DNA of 64,000 nt from Escherichia coli (GTDB lineage Bacteria > Pseudomonadota > Gammaproteobacteria > Enterobacterales > Enterobacteriaceae), in assembly GCF_050920415.1 (NCBI RefSeq), contig NZ_CP169309.1. The stretch is one strand, 5' to 3'. A program made the translations under genes and the position numbers. Below are positions 46,399 to 54,567 of the stretch, one piece after another. Positions within the stretch are counted from its first letter, which is position 1. Each line of letters starts with the position of its first letter. Below the pieces are notes generated by a model, which saw nothing but the letters and a program-made list of their open reading frames with translations, was not told the origin of the DNA and made no database searches.

Positions 46399-46705
46399 TT
46401 TTTGAGTCTCCGTCTTCTGTCGGGGTTATTTTGTATTCTGCCGCCAGTTCTGCACCAACCAATTCAACCTCGATTTCAGGGAAAGGATTAAGCATCAGTG
46501 CGGCAAAAACAAAATGTTTAACGTGATTTGCATATTCAAGGTGTTTCACGTCAAAAGGTGGTTCCGATACGTGGAAGCATTTAACGTGCGCGTCGTCTTC
46601 AGTAGCTACACGGAAACATACGCCAGGTTGCCCGGCGAATTTGCCATTTTTTTCATCTTCTGAAATAGTGCCACGGAAAACTTTAACGCTGATAAATTTA
46701 GACAT
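46382..46705 (-). CDS. Hypothetical protein (107 aa)
   Basis: Track ORF; operon packing. Confidence 0.5.
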   Translation of the reverse strand: MSKFISVKVFRGTISEDEKNGKFAGQPGVCFRVATEDDAHVKCFHVSEPPFDVKHLEYANHVKHFVFAALMLNPFPEIEVELVGAELAAEYKITPTEDGDSKIERIK

Positions 46706-46708
46706 TGT

Positions 46709-46963
46709 TTATTCTCCTTCGTAAAAAACAGCTACCAGTTCAGGATTGTTTAATGGGTTGGAGCAAGAATAAAAACCACTTCGCAATAATCCTCTAAGCG
46801 CCTTTATTTTTCTGTGCGCCGGGATTGACTCGCTTAAATAGAAATCATCTTTCCTTTTGTCATAAGGTAGCTCGTAAAACCTACCATAATTGACGAATTG
46901 AACGACGCGGCTGTACTCACCATCAATCCTACTAACGCCGCGCCAAATCCTAAATACAACCAT
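46709..46963 (-). CDS. Hypothetical protein (84 aa)
   Basis: Track ORF; operon packing. Confidence 0.5.
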   Translation of the reverse strand: MVVFRIWRGVSRIDGEYSRVVQFVNYGRFYELPYDKRKDDFYLSESIPAHRKIKALRGLLRSGFYSCSNPLNNPELVAVFYEGE

Positions 46964-46965
46964 AA

Positions 46966-47265
46966 TTAAAACTCCGCACCAGGTAAGCTACGCGCTTCGT
47001 TAATATCGTCCTTTTCAATCCATTTCTTAGCGTGTATATCCATTACGGATATAGCGGCAACTGGCGCATAGTTATTTACTGAGTTGATGTGAAACAATTG
47101 GTTTTTGGTAAAAATCATGTCGTCGTCTGTTATATATAACCAGTCGCCGCGCTTACCAACAACAGTATGAGATCTTCCTAAGCTGTCTTTAAATTCATAA
47201 TTGCAGAAAACATCATCATTAGGCACTTCAACAAAACAGCACGCAATGAATTTAGCACTTTTCAT
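46966..47265 (-). CDS. Hypothetical protein (99 aa)
   Basis: Track ORF 46966..47295; start at MKSAKFIACC with AAGGGTG SD. Confidence 0.5.
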   Translation of the reverse strand: MKSAKFIACCFVEVPNDDVFCNYEFKDSLGRSHTVVGKRGDWLYITDDDMIFTKNQLFHINSVNNYAPVAAISVMDIHAKKWIEKDDINEARSLPGAEF

Positions 47266-47308
47266 AATTACACCCTTCTGGTTTGATGGGGCCATCCGGC
47301 CCCGTGTT

Positions 47309-47449
47309 TTATTCTTCTTCGTCTCCTTTGAATCCTAAACACTCCGCGTATTCGTCAATGCTTAATGCTTCTTCCCCTGGTGCCAGTAATTCAAAATAGC
47401 GGGCGTATAACTCAAAAACCCAGGCCGGATATTTAGCGTTAGCGTTCAT
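47309..47449 (-). CDS. Hypothetical acidic 46-aa protein
   Basis: My translation: MNANAKYPAWVFELYARYFELLAPGEEALSIDEYAECLGFKGDEEE; GGGGGTGA SD. Confidence 0.4.
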   Translation of the reverse strand: MNANAKYPAWVFELYARYFELLAPGEEALSIDEYAECLGFKGDEEE

Positions 47450-47460
47450 GGTTCACCCCC

Positions 47461-47733
47461 TTAAGCCATGCGTGCGAATTCAAGCGCTTTGCATTCATAG
47501 TCTTCTTCTGCCTGTTCCACTACACGGATAATCATCTGATCGGCGTTTTCGAAGCCATAACCTTTAGCGAATTCATTAGCACCGCCTTCGTGGTCATGTT
47601 CTGCGTTCATCGCTTCCACATAGTGGAACTCAAGATTGTTAAGGTAGGGACTAGAAACGCCGTCCTCTTTTTCAATCAGATCCCAAATTGCATTGAATCG
47701 GGACTCTGTTTCTTCGTTAATCCAGCGTTTCAT
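47461..47733 (-). CDS. Hypothetical acidic protein (90 aa)
   Basis: Track ORF; GGAGGG SD; first gene after the 47734..47841 intergenic region. Confidence 0.55.
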   Translation of the reverse strand: MKRWINEETESRFNAIWDLIEKEDGVSSPYLNNLEFHYVEAMNAEHDHEGGANEFAKGYGFENADQMIIRVVEQAEEDYECKALEFARMA

Positions 47734-47815
47734 TTTTCTGCCCTCCGCATCGTTCTCTCTTCAGCTTCTTTATAACAAAATGGCACTGCCGAAACAATGC
47801 CATTTTGTAAACTTT

Positions 47816-47828
47816 GGGGGGGGGGGGG
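47816..47828. repeat. Homopolymeric G13 tract (C13 on the gene strand)
   Basis: Thirteen consecutive G counted directly; intergenic. Confidence 0.95.
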
Positions 47829-47841
47829 TAGATCACGCTTT

Positions 47842-48057
47842 TTATTCGTCCTGCTTGAAGGCCACTACAACCGCGCGATCTTTGTTCTGAATCAACCACC
47901 AGCCACGCGCCTTGCTTGGCGCTGCATACCATAAGTGACCGTAAGTGTCTGTGACAACTAAAAACGGGTTTTTCTGTAATCCGCCTGGCTTTTCCGCTTC
48001 GTACTGGCAACCGTCCTCAAAACAATCAAGATCAGATCCGTGACACGTTAAAATCAT
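47842..48057 (-). CDS. Hypothetical protein (71 aa)
   Basis: Track ORF; AAGGGGG SD. Confidence 0.5.
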   Translation of the reverse strand: MILTCHGSDLDCFEDGCQYEAEKPGGLQKNPFLVVTDTYGHLWYAAPSKARGWWLIQNKDRAVVVAFKQDE

Positions 48058-48066
48058 ATTGCCCCC

Positions 48067-48279
48067 TTAATAACGCTCAAAACTGGCGGAAAAATCAATG
48101 CCTGATATCTCACCGCCACGATAAGTTGGCATAAATCCCCACACATCATCATGATCATCAATCAATACAAGCGCCACGCCAACATCGCTAATCCCATTGC
48201 CATAAACAATGTGAACATCATAAATACGCCCAGGAGTGAAAACGCTGTCATTACTTGAGTATGTGCATTTAACTTGCAT
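48067..48279 (-). CDS. Hypothetical protein (70 aa)
   Basis: Track ORF; operon packing. Confidence 0.5.
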   Translation of the reverse strand: MQVKCTYSSNDSVFTPGRIYDVHIVYGNGISDVGVALVLIDDHDDVWGFMPTYRGGEISGIDFSASFERY

Positions 48280-48553
48280 TATCAGCCACCTTTAAATAAT
48301 TTTTTACATCAACATCAGCCGGATATCTGGAAAATTGCGCTAACCATTGTCCGGTAATGTTTTTCACCAGTGCATAATCAAGATCGCCGCAGTAGAATAC
48401 CTGGTACATTGCCCCTTCGTTATCACTCATAACGAATACCATCTGGTCAGTAGTCGCATTGCGCAATCTGTGAATTGTGTACGCCTGCCCCGTGGTAAAT
48501 TTATATTCGTTACAAGTTGTGCGGCAAAACATCCGGTCAAAATAGCTTTCCAT
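48269..48553 (-). CDS. Hypothetical protein (94 aa)
   Basis: Track ORF; overlapping starts/stops. Confidence 0.5.
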   Translation of the reverse strand: MESYFDRMFCRTTCNEYKFTTGQAYTIHRLRNATTDQMVFVMSDNEGAMYQVFYCGDLDYALVKNITGQWLAQFSRYPADVDVKNYLKVADNAS

Positions 48554-48798
48554 CAGAAAACCCCTTTATAATCGACCGTGTATTTTGCTATCAGGTTCCA
48601 GTCGCAATAATTAAGCATGTCTCGCGGTTGCCAGCCTTTCATCCCGACCGCCCGCCGCGCAGCGTGACGGCGATAATCATCGTTATAGTCAGCTATGCAC
48701 CACGGCTGGAGAACAAACATATAATTTGCTTCATTAACCAGGATAGCCACCCGCTTTCCTGTTGCCTTGTCTTTTGCCCTGAAATAATTCACTTTCAT
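48553..48798 (-). CDS. Hypothetical protein (81 aa)
   Basis: Track ORF; overlapping starts/stops. Confidence 0.5.
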   Translation of the reverse strand: MKVNYFRAKDKATGKRVAILVNEANYMFVLQPWCIADYNDDYRRHAARRAVGMKGWQPRDMLNYCDWNLIAKYTVDYKGVF

Positions 48799-49010
48799 TT
48801 TAATACCTCGTCGATCAACATTTCTTCTTCCAGGTTAGCCGGACGTTTACGGAATATCCCGGCAAAAACCAGATCGTCGAGTAGGTCTTTACGCTTAAAT
48901 AACCACTCTTTCATTATTACCCCGTCATCGCTGCGATATACGACGCCGTTTTTCAGAAAATAAAAAGTGCGGGTATTTGTCTGAAGGTATAAATCTTCGT
49001 AAACGTCCAT
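48795..49010 (-). CDS. Hypothetical protein (71 aa)
   Basis: Track ORF; ATGA overlap. Confidence 0.5.
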   Translation of the reverse strand: MDVYEDLYLQTNTRTFYFLKNGVVYRSDDGVIMKEWLFKRKDLLDDLVFAGIFRKRPANLEEEMLIDEVLK

Positions 49011-49014
49011 GATA

Positions 49015-49242
49015 TTAACCCTCGACTATTTGCAGACCGCGCCCCTTGTCACCCACGAAGTCACCAAGACTGAACGTATACGACCACGCCGGATTGATAT
49101 AATGGTCATCAGCACCAGCGGCAATGAGATCAGCACCATTAATCATGCAAGTAACATCATCGCTATGAACTACATTAACTACCTTACCAACAACCTGTTT
49201 TAATGACGGGTATCCGTGATCGTGCAAGAATTTAACTTTCAT
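49015..49242 (-). CDS. Hypothetical protein (75 aa)
   Basis: Track ORF; operon packing. Confidence 0.5.
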   Translation of the reverse strand: MKVKFLHDHGYPSLKQVVGKVVNVVHSDDVTCMINGADLIAAGADDHYINPAWSYTFSLGDFVGDKGRGLQIVEG

Positions 49243-49472
49243 TCCACTGTCTCCCAGCGGTCAATGCTGATTAAAAAATCCCGGATAGCGTGGCGTTCGT
49301 CGCGCGTTGGCTTGCGCTTCCGGTAAATCTTGAAATCGAACCATTCTTTTTCTTGTTCGAAATCCAGATCGTAAGCAAGCGCCTCAATATATCCGCATTC
49401 GTGATACTGGTACGCCACGCCAGCACGAACAAAAAAGCGGGTTTTATCCCGCTTGTGTTCATAAATACGCAT
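49239..49472 (-). CDS. Hypothetical protein (77 aa)
   Basis: Track ORF; ATGA overlap. Confidence 0.5.
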   Translation of the reverse strand: MRIYEHKRDKTRFFVRAGVAYQYHECGYIEALAYDLDFEQEKEWFDFKIYRKRKPTRDERHAIRDFLISIDRWETVE

Positions 49473-49482
49473 ATTTACCCCG

Positions 49483-49713
49483 TTATGCAGTTGTGTAGCT
49501 GTCTACCAGCTTTTCATCCTTCATTCTGGCAAGCTGTGCGATGTTCATCGTGTAGCCGCCATCAGAGAAAAGCCACTCCGCCGCCTTGCGACGAAAAGTA
49601 ATATCATCATGGTTGCGCGTCCATGTGGCGATCACCACGCGCTTTCCGTCAGTGGCAAACATAGATAATTCATTATCAACTACGTCGATAGCCTGCCAGA
49701 TTTTTAGCTCCAT
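49483..49713 (-). CDS. Hypothetical protein (76 aa)
   Basis: Track ORF; operon packing. Confidence 0.5.
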   Translation of the reverse strand: MELKIWQAIDVVDNELSMFATDGKRVVIATWTRNHDDITFRRKAAEWLFSDGGYTMNIAQLARMKDEKLVDSYTTA

Positions 49714-50069
49714 GATTTATCCCCGTAAATTTTGAATAATTCCCGTGCTTCCTGATCTTCGAATAACTTCATATGCAGATCATGCAGGCGTCGCATTGTG
49801 CGGAAGCGTGGTCTGAATTCTTGACCCCTTTTAATGTATTTATCGCCAATTGAATAAATATGACCGTATGAATACCATCTATTACCGACCCAAATTAGAT
49901 AAATTTCACCCTCATAATTAAATTTGATTGTAAGCTCGTCAACCTCCATTATTAATCCTTTATCGAGTATATCATTTAGCATATCATCCCATTCTTTGAG
50001 GAATGGTTGTTGATAAAAACCGAAAAGAGTATTTACAGCGTGGCAAAGGTAATCAAGGATTATTTGCAT
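49704..50069 (-). CDS. Hypothetical protein (121 aa)
   Basis: Track ORF; operon packing. Confidence 0.5.
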   Translation of the reverse strand: MQIILDYLCHAVNTLFGFYQQPFLKEWDDMLNDILDKGLIMEVDELTIKFNYEGEIYLIWVGNRWYSYGHIYSIGDKYIKRGQEFRPRFRTMRRLHDLHMKLFEDQEARELFKIYGDKSWS

Positions 50070-50073
50070 ATTA

Positions 50074-50289
50074 TCACCACATCATATAATAAACGTTATC
50101 GTTAGCTACTTCGTCGGCTTGTTCTTGTGTTAATAGCGGTGCGCTTTCCATAAAAGCATCAGAGTAATGCCACTCATAAACAAGCATACGCGCCCATTTG
50201 CGGCGCTGGCGCTTATTGTGTCGCAGATCATCAAAAGCCTTTAACGCTTTGTCATACGCCCTTACCAGGCGTTTACGGTTACTTTTCAT
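50074..50289 (-). CDS. Hypothetical protein (71 aa)
   Basis: Track ORF; operon packing. Confidence 0.5.
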   Translation of the reverse strand: MKSNRKRLVRAYDKALKAFDDLRHNKRQRRKWARMLVYEWHYSDAFMESAPLLTQEQADEVANDNVYYMMW

Positions 50290-50299
50290 TTATTACACC

Positions 50300-50599
50300 T
50301 TAAAATCTGTATTGCCAGTAAATATCACACTTTATTGCGAATACCTTCACAGGATCAGGGCCGAATAGTGGATGTTGAATCGACTTGATTTCGTACCCCA
50401 TATAAGGCAATACGATAATCCGGTCTTTCTCATCATCAGATGGATAACCCCATTTAATGATTAATCTTGTGTACTCCCGCCCCTCAAGGCGTTTGCGCCA
50501 ATAGTCATTATAAAGCCGGTATTCCTCCACCTTCTTTCCAGCCCTGATAGCGTGGAAGTATTCTCCTTTTAAATTCAAATGCAGGTGCTTACTTGCCAT
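50300..50599 (-). CDS. ASCH-domain-like protein
   Basis: Track ORF 50300..50635; start at MASKHLHLNLKGEYFHAIRAGKKVEEYR, which matches the ASCH (PUA-like) N-terminal pattern. Confidence 0.5.
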   Translation of the reverse strand: MASKHLHLNLKGEYFHAIRAGKKVEEYRLYNDYWRKRLEGREYTRLIIKWGYPSDDEKDRIIVLPYMGYEIKSIQHPLFGPDPVKVFAIKCDIYWQYRF

Positions 50600-50861
50600 T
50601 GCTATGATCCTGTAAACAGTCGTTATAGCCTTCAATGTATCCGGTTAATCCGGTGTTACTCACTGACCATTCAGCCGTCCGGCGCTTGATGGCTTCGTCC
50701 ATCGTGATTTCGCCACCTGGCCCGCCTGGCTCAATATATTTTTTTAAATCTCTTGCTATCCACGCCCTTAATTGTTGTGTATCACGGCACAACCTCGCGG
50801 ATAATGTCAGGTCATTAACCAGCTTTGCAAATAGATGTTCTTTTAATTTAGGCTTCATCAT
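50589..50861 (-). CDS. Hypothetical protein (90 aa)
   Basis: Track ORF 50589..50870, trimmed to the first ATG. Confidence 0.5.
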   Translation of the reverse strand: MMKPKLKEHLFAKLVNDLTLSARLCRDTQQLRAWIARDLKKYIEPGGPGGEITMDEAIKRRTAEWSVSNTGLTGYIEGYNDCLQDHSNGK

Positions 50862-51048
50862 CGTCACCACGCTTGTAAATTTTCACAGGCTTAATAGGGA
50901 TGGCGGGTAATTCACCTTCATTTAACGCGCTTGCCATACCCAATATTAAACGCGCTTCAGCACCAGTGACTTTTTTGCACCATGCGCCGCCTGTTTTATC
51001 TTCGAATAAGATAACGGCAAACTGATCGTTTATTTCCAGCTTATCCAT
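50848..51048 (-). CDS. Hypothetical protein (66 aa)
   Basis: Track ORF; ATGA overlap with the Q-like stop. Confidence 0.5.
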   Translation of the reverse strand: MDKLEINDQFAVILFEDKTGGAWCKKVTGAEARLILGMASALNEGELPAIPIKPVKIYKRGDDDEA

Positions 51049-51770
51049 TATTCACCCCGTGTTACTCGTTTAATCTCACTTTCCGCGCGGGCCTCTTCTT
51101 TGAATAGCTCAGCTATGGCGTCTTCATAGAAAACCCGGTATTTTTTCCACCATGTTGATCGGCTTACCGGAAAGACAAGCTGGTTAACCGCCTGCCGGAC
51201 AAGATCTACCGGGAAACGCGAGTACCCGCGCCCGCCGCAGTGTTGGCACGTTTTGAATACTGGCATTTCCGCCGCTTCGCTGGCTGCTTTATCCGGTATC
51301 TCGCCGCGACCTTTGCATTGTTTACAATGATTGCGAACCTTTCCATGCCCCTTGCATTTTTTGCAAAGGTGTTTTTCTCCGTAGTCGTCAAACGTAAATT
51401 TATATCCGCCGCACTCCATACAAGTTTTTTCCGTCGCGGCGCTTTGGCAATAATCCCGAAACGCGAAAACGGCAACAAGAATAATAAGATCATTGCGTTG
51501 TTCTTCATTTAATTCCATCACGTATTCGTAATCTTTCGCCATAGCTCTTAAACGCTCTGTAAGTAATACTACGGCCCTGTGTTTTTCGGCTTGCGATAGT
51601 TCCATCTTCCCTAAAAAAGCGCTATATCCAAGCTCTACGCGCGATTGCGCCATACCAGCGGCGGTAAGCGCATCCGTCGTATTAAGTGCATCAGGTGATG
51701 TTCCCCGGCTTTCGTCTGATAATCGCGGTGATTTTGGGAAGTGGAATTTAAGAATGGATTCTAAATTCAT
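51048..51770 (-). CDS. Q-like late-gene antiterminator (phage 21/82 Q-type, zinc-finger repeats)
   Basis: 240 aa; CKKCKGHGK, CKQCKGRGE, CQHCGGRGY CxxCxGxG repeats; directly follows rusA/ninG-like genes as in lambdoid nin regions. Confidence 0.6.
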   Translation of the reverse strand: MNLESILKFHFPKSPRLSDESRGTSPDALNTTDALTAAGMAQSRVELGYSAFLGKMELSQAEKHRAVVLLTERLRAMAKDYEYVMELNEEQRNDLIILVAVFAFRDYCQSAATEKTCMECGGYKFTFDDYGEKHLCKKCKGHGKVRNHCKQCKGRGEIPDKAASEAAEMPVFKTCQHCGGRGYSRFPVDLVRQAVNQLVFPVSRSTWWKKYRVFYEDAIAELFKEEARAESEIKRVTRGE

Positions 51771-51952
51771 TATTTGCCCTCATAACGTGCCGCCAGCCGT
51801 TTACGATCAGAAATGGATTGCACCAGCTTTCTTTCAAACTCTTTCAGCGCAAGTAATTCGCGCATGTGGAAAGCCTGGATTTGTCTGACCGTCTCTAAAT
51901 CACGCTCGTCGCGCTGAATATCTATTTGCAGATCTTTAACTTCGTTTTTCAT
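51770..51952 (-). CDS. Hypothetical coiled-coil protein (60 aa)
   Basis: Track ORF; overlaps neighbours. Confidence 0.45.
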   Translation of the reverse strand: MKNEVKDLQIDIQRDERDLETVRQIQAFHMRELLALKEFERKLVQSISDRKRLAARYEGK

Positions 51953-52356
51953 TGCTCACCCCACATATTCGTCGCGTATTCGTCAATATCCGGTAGCAGG
52001 TCGCCGCGTTCGCGTACCTTGATAAACAATCGCCCGCCTTTTACCTTCCGGCAGCGTACAATTTTTATTGAGTCGATTTGTCCGTCGTCAGTCCAGAATC
52101 CGGCGTAAGTAAGGCTATCAAAAAGGCATTTGGGGATATTATCCAGATCTCTGATCCGGTTATCCGGCGGCGCGGCATAAATGGCGATTGCCAGTCGGCA
52201 AGATAGGTTAATGTCTAAATTTAATAATTCGATGATGTCTTTTACTTGCTCCCGGTATTCCTTCCCCACTTTGCTGATATAGTGAAAACCGCGCGAATGT
52301 CGGTAATAGCGGTTATTCGATGGCGGGTAAGGCAGGCTAAAAGTATATTCATTCAT
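51949..52356 (-). CDS. rusA: Holliday junction resolvase RusA
   Basis: 135 aa; LPYPPSNNRYYRH...RDLDN...GGRL closely parallels E. coli RusA. Confidence 0.88.
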   Translation of the reverse strand: MNEYTFSLPYPPSNNRYYRHSRGFHYISKVGKEYREQVKDIIELLNLDINLSCRLAIAIYAAPPDNRIRDLDNIPKCLFDSLTYAGFWTDDGQIDSIKIVRCRKVKGGRLFIKVRERGDLLPDIDEYATNMWGEQ

Positions 52357-52958
52357 GCCGCCTTTCTCCTTAAGGCGTCCAATTTTGCCTGATAGATGTT
52401 TATTAGCTCCTTACATTCTGCGATCGTCCATTTGTGCGTATCGTTGTTGTTCTCCAGTGCTACCACCCTGGCGAGGCCAATTTTTCGAATCAGCGCCGGG
52501 CGATACCCTCCGATGTTGCCGTCTAGTGTCTGGTTGCAGTGCCTGCATTGCTTGTGACAATTATCCTCGTTGAAGCGAAGGTGTCCGGCGGCGGCTACCG
52601 TCCTGTAATGGCCTGCATCCCACCCGCATTGCTCACCGTAGTAAGTCCCGCATGATATGCACGGCAATCGCGCGTCACGCTCGCGTATATAAGCGTTAAA
52701 AACGTTTTGCGCCTGTTTAATCCAGTAGCTACGCGGATTTAACTGCTTCCGCTTCCGGTTGCGTTCTTCCCGCTGGCTATCACGGCGTTTCTTCCGTTCC
52801 ATAGCCTTCATAGCCTTCTCACGGTCGCGGCATAGCTGATCAAACTTCAGTTCTTCCAGACATTCATCGCTGCACCACGTTTGATTGTGATATTTAGGCT
52901 CAAAAAAAACGCCGCAGCATTTGCAACGGCGTCTTATGGGTTTTTTAGGGTTCTGCAT
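52353..52958 (-). CDS. ninG: NinG/Rap-family recombination endonuclease
   Basis: Track ORF 52353..53048; start at MQNPKKPIRRRCKCCG with AGGGGTGG SD (201 aa); Cys/His-rich NinG pattern. Confidence 0.8.
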   Translation of the reverse strand: MQNPKKPIRRRCKCCGVFFEPKYHNQTWCSDECLEELKFDQLCRDREKAMKAMERKKRRDSQREERNRKRKQLNPRSYWIKQAQNVFNAYIRERDARLPCISCGTYYGEQCGWDAGHYRTVAAAGHLRFNEDNCHKQCRHCNQTLDGNIGGYRPALIRKIGLARVVALENNNDTHKWTIAECKELINIYQAKLDALRRKAA

Positions 52959-52972
52959 AAAAACCACCCCTA

Positions 52973-53149
52973 TTATTTTTGATTCTCTGTTTCGTTCAGC
53001 CTTTCGGCGTGTCCGGCCCTTAGCCGATGATCTAAGCATTCGTTGCACTCGTTACGGCCTCCTTTCTTCGTGCTGCATACATTGCACATTGCACGCATGA
53101 CGCTCTCTCGTTCATAGTCGTCATGCCATTGGTAATCATCAAAAGACAT
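52973..53149 (-). CDS. Cys-rich 58-aa protein
   Basis: My translation: MSFDDYQWHDDYERESVMRAMCNVCSTKKGGRNECNECLDHRLRAGHAERLNETENQK; AAGGAGAG SD. Confidence 0.45.
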   Translation of the reverse strand: MSFDDYQWHDDYERESVMRAMCNVCSTKKGGRNECNECLDHRLRAGHAERLNETENQK

Positions 53150-53270
53150 AATGCTCTCTCCTTTTCAGGTGATTTCTACGCATTTCAGCGCTGCCGGATT
53201 TTTAAAGAGCATTTCGTTTGCTTGAAGTATACAAAATGGATGCACCTGAACAAGGCAAAAAGCGCCATTA

Positions 53271-53286
53271 TGTGACCAAAATCACA
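53271..53286. promoter_or_regulatory. Perfect CRP-consensus-core palindrome TGTGA-N6-TCACA
   Basis: TGTGAccaaaaTCACA read directly; lies between two inverted copies of the 14-bp element. Confidence 0.5.
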
Positions 53287-53308
53287 CAATGACGCCATTT
53301 TGTAAACT

Positions 53309-54067
53309 TTAGTCCGGTAAAACGCGGTTAAGCGTAGTCCGCGTGATGGCCCGGTCGTTAGCCAGGAATACAGCACGGGCGAAGCCGCGCGGCGTTAGTG
53401 ACCGGATCATCTTTGTTCGCTTTGCCCGGCCTCCGGTTTTCGCCCACCCAGGGTTATCACCAGAGTTAAGATCTACAGGTCTAAAAATCGGCTGTTTAAA
53501 TCCGTTGCCGCACCAGATGCAAGTTTTCTTCGTGTACGCGTCGCGCGCCGGGTAAACATCCGGGAAAGCAGGATGCTTGTCATCTTCCGGCAGATAGCCA
53601 CCGTAAGCGCACGGATTGAAGATAAAATCTGGTTTACGCCATAACGTTGACAGTGCTCCTACCGGATTTTCCACCATCCACGGGACGTTATACATGTCAG
53701 CCAGTGTTTCGACCAGTTTCGCGTTATATGCCGCCTTCACCTGGAAGTCAGGATCTTTTTCACGCTTGCTGGAGAACCAACGAGCGCCGGACACGGCGAG
53801 ATCGTCGCATGGTGGGAAGGCAAAAATAATGTCAGGATCTGGATAAACAGACAATTCAGGGGAGAATATTACCAGGAAATGGCTATCAATCCAGACATTG
53901 ACATATTCAATATTGGGATGAATTACTTTTACTCCGTCATAATCCCCGTGATTAGCGCCGTCATAGTTGAAGCAATAGCACTTATATCCAGCTTCAGCCC
54001 AATCTTTAACGGCGTACCCGCTGCCATCGTAAAGCGACCATACCACCCAATTTTTAAGACTGCTCAT
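53309..54067 (-). CDS. C-5 cytosine DNA methyltransferase-like protein (short form)
   Basis: 252 aa; LYDGSG (motif I-like), FPPCDDLAVSG (PC motif IV), MVENPVG (ENV motif VI), TPRGFARAVF (motif X-like). Confidence 0.6.
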   Translation of the reverse strand: MSSLKNWVVWSLYDGSGYAVKDWAEAGYKCYCFNYDGANHGDYDGVKVIHPNIEYVNVWIDSHFLVIFSPELSVYPDPDIIFAFPPCDDLAVSGARWFSSKREKDPDFQVKAAYNAKLVETLADMYNVPWMVENPVGALSTLWRKPDFIFNPCAYGGYLPEDDKHPAFPDVYPARDAYTKKTCIWCGNGFKQPIFRPVDLNSGDNPGWAKTGGRAKRTKMIRSLTPRGFARAVFLANDRAITRTTLNRVLPD

Positions 54068-54567
54068 CTTCTACCCTCAAACGTAAAATAGCGGCGCATG
54101 ATGATAGTAATCACCGTTACCGCTGCCATTTTTGAGATGAATTGCATAGCTGATATTTCAGGCATGAATGCCATAAACGATAGCGTAGGAAAAATTAACG
54201 CATCGCCAATGGCGGACGCTATATTTGCAGGCCAGCGTTTTGAATCGAAATCACCAGGTAAAACCCGGTAAACGCCGCCAGAAATAAGCGCACCGGAAAC
54301 AACCGCGACGAATGACGCGATCGCCACCATCCCGGCGTCGTAATTTATCAGCACCGTGATTGCGCCAGCGGCGGCGCATGTTGTAGCCGACCATTTCAGG
54401 CCGCCGTCATATAACAAGAAGTCACGAATCATCATATTGACGCACACAGCGGCTACCGTGGTGATCGGAATTACCCACGGGCCGCAATGGTTAACAATAA
54501 GATTAATGATCACGAAAACGGCGACATAAACGCAGGCTAATAACCTGTCAATTGTCACCTTTTCCAT
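54064..54567 (-). CDS. Polytopic membrane protein, possibly VUT/YhhQ (DUF165) family
   Basis: Track ORF 54064..54609; about 5 TM segments; NMMIRDF and IGDALIFPTLSF loosely resemble YhhQ conserved motifs. Confidence 0.4.
   Translation of the reverse strand: MEKVTIDRLLACVYVAVFVIINLIVNHCGPWVIPITTVAAVCVNMMIRDFLLYDGGLKWSATTCAAAGAITVLINYDAGMVAIASFVAVVSGALISGGVYRVLPGDFDSKRWPANIASAIGDALIFPTLSFMAFMPEISAMQFISKMAAVTVITIIMRRYFTFEGRR

Noticed and set aside
53185-53376. Minus-strand 63-aa ORF overlapping the methyltransferase stop and the regulatory region
   Set aside because: It spans the palindrome and element copies and overlaps the 3' end of a better-supported gene. It has no SD.
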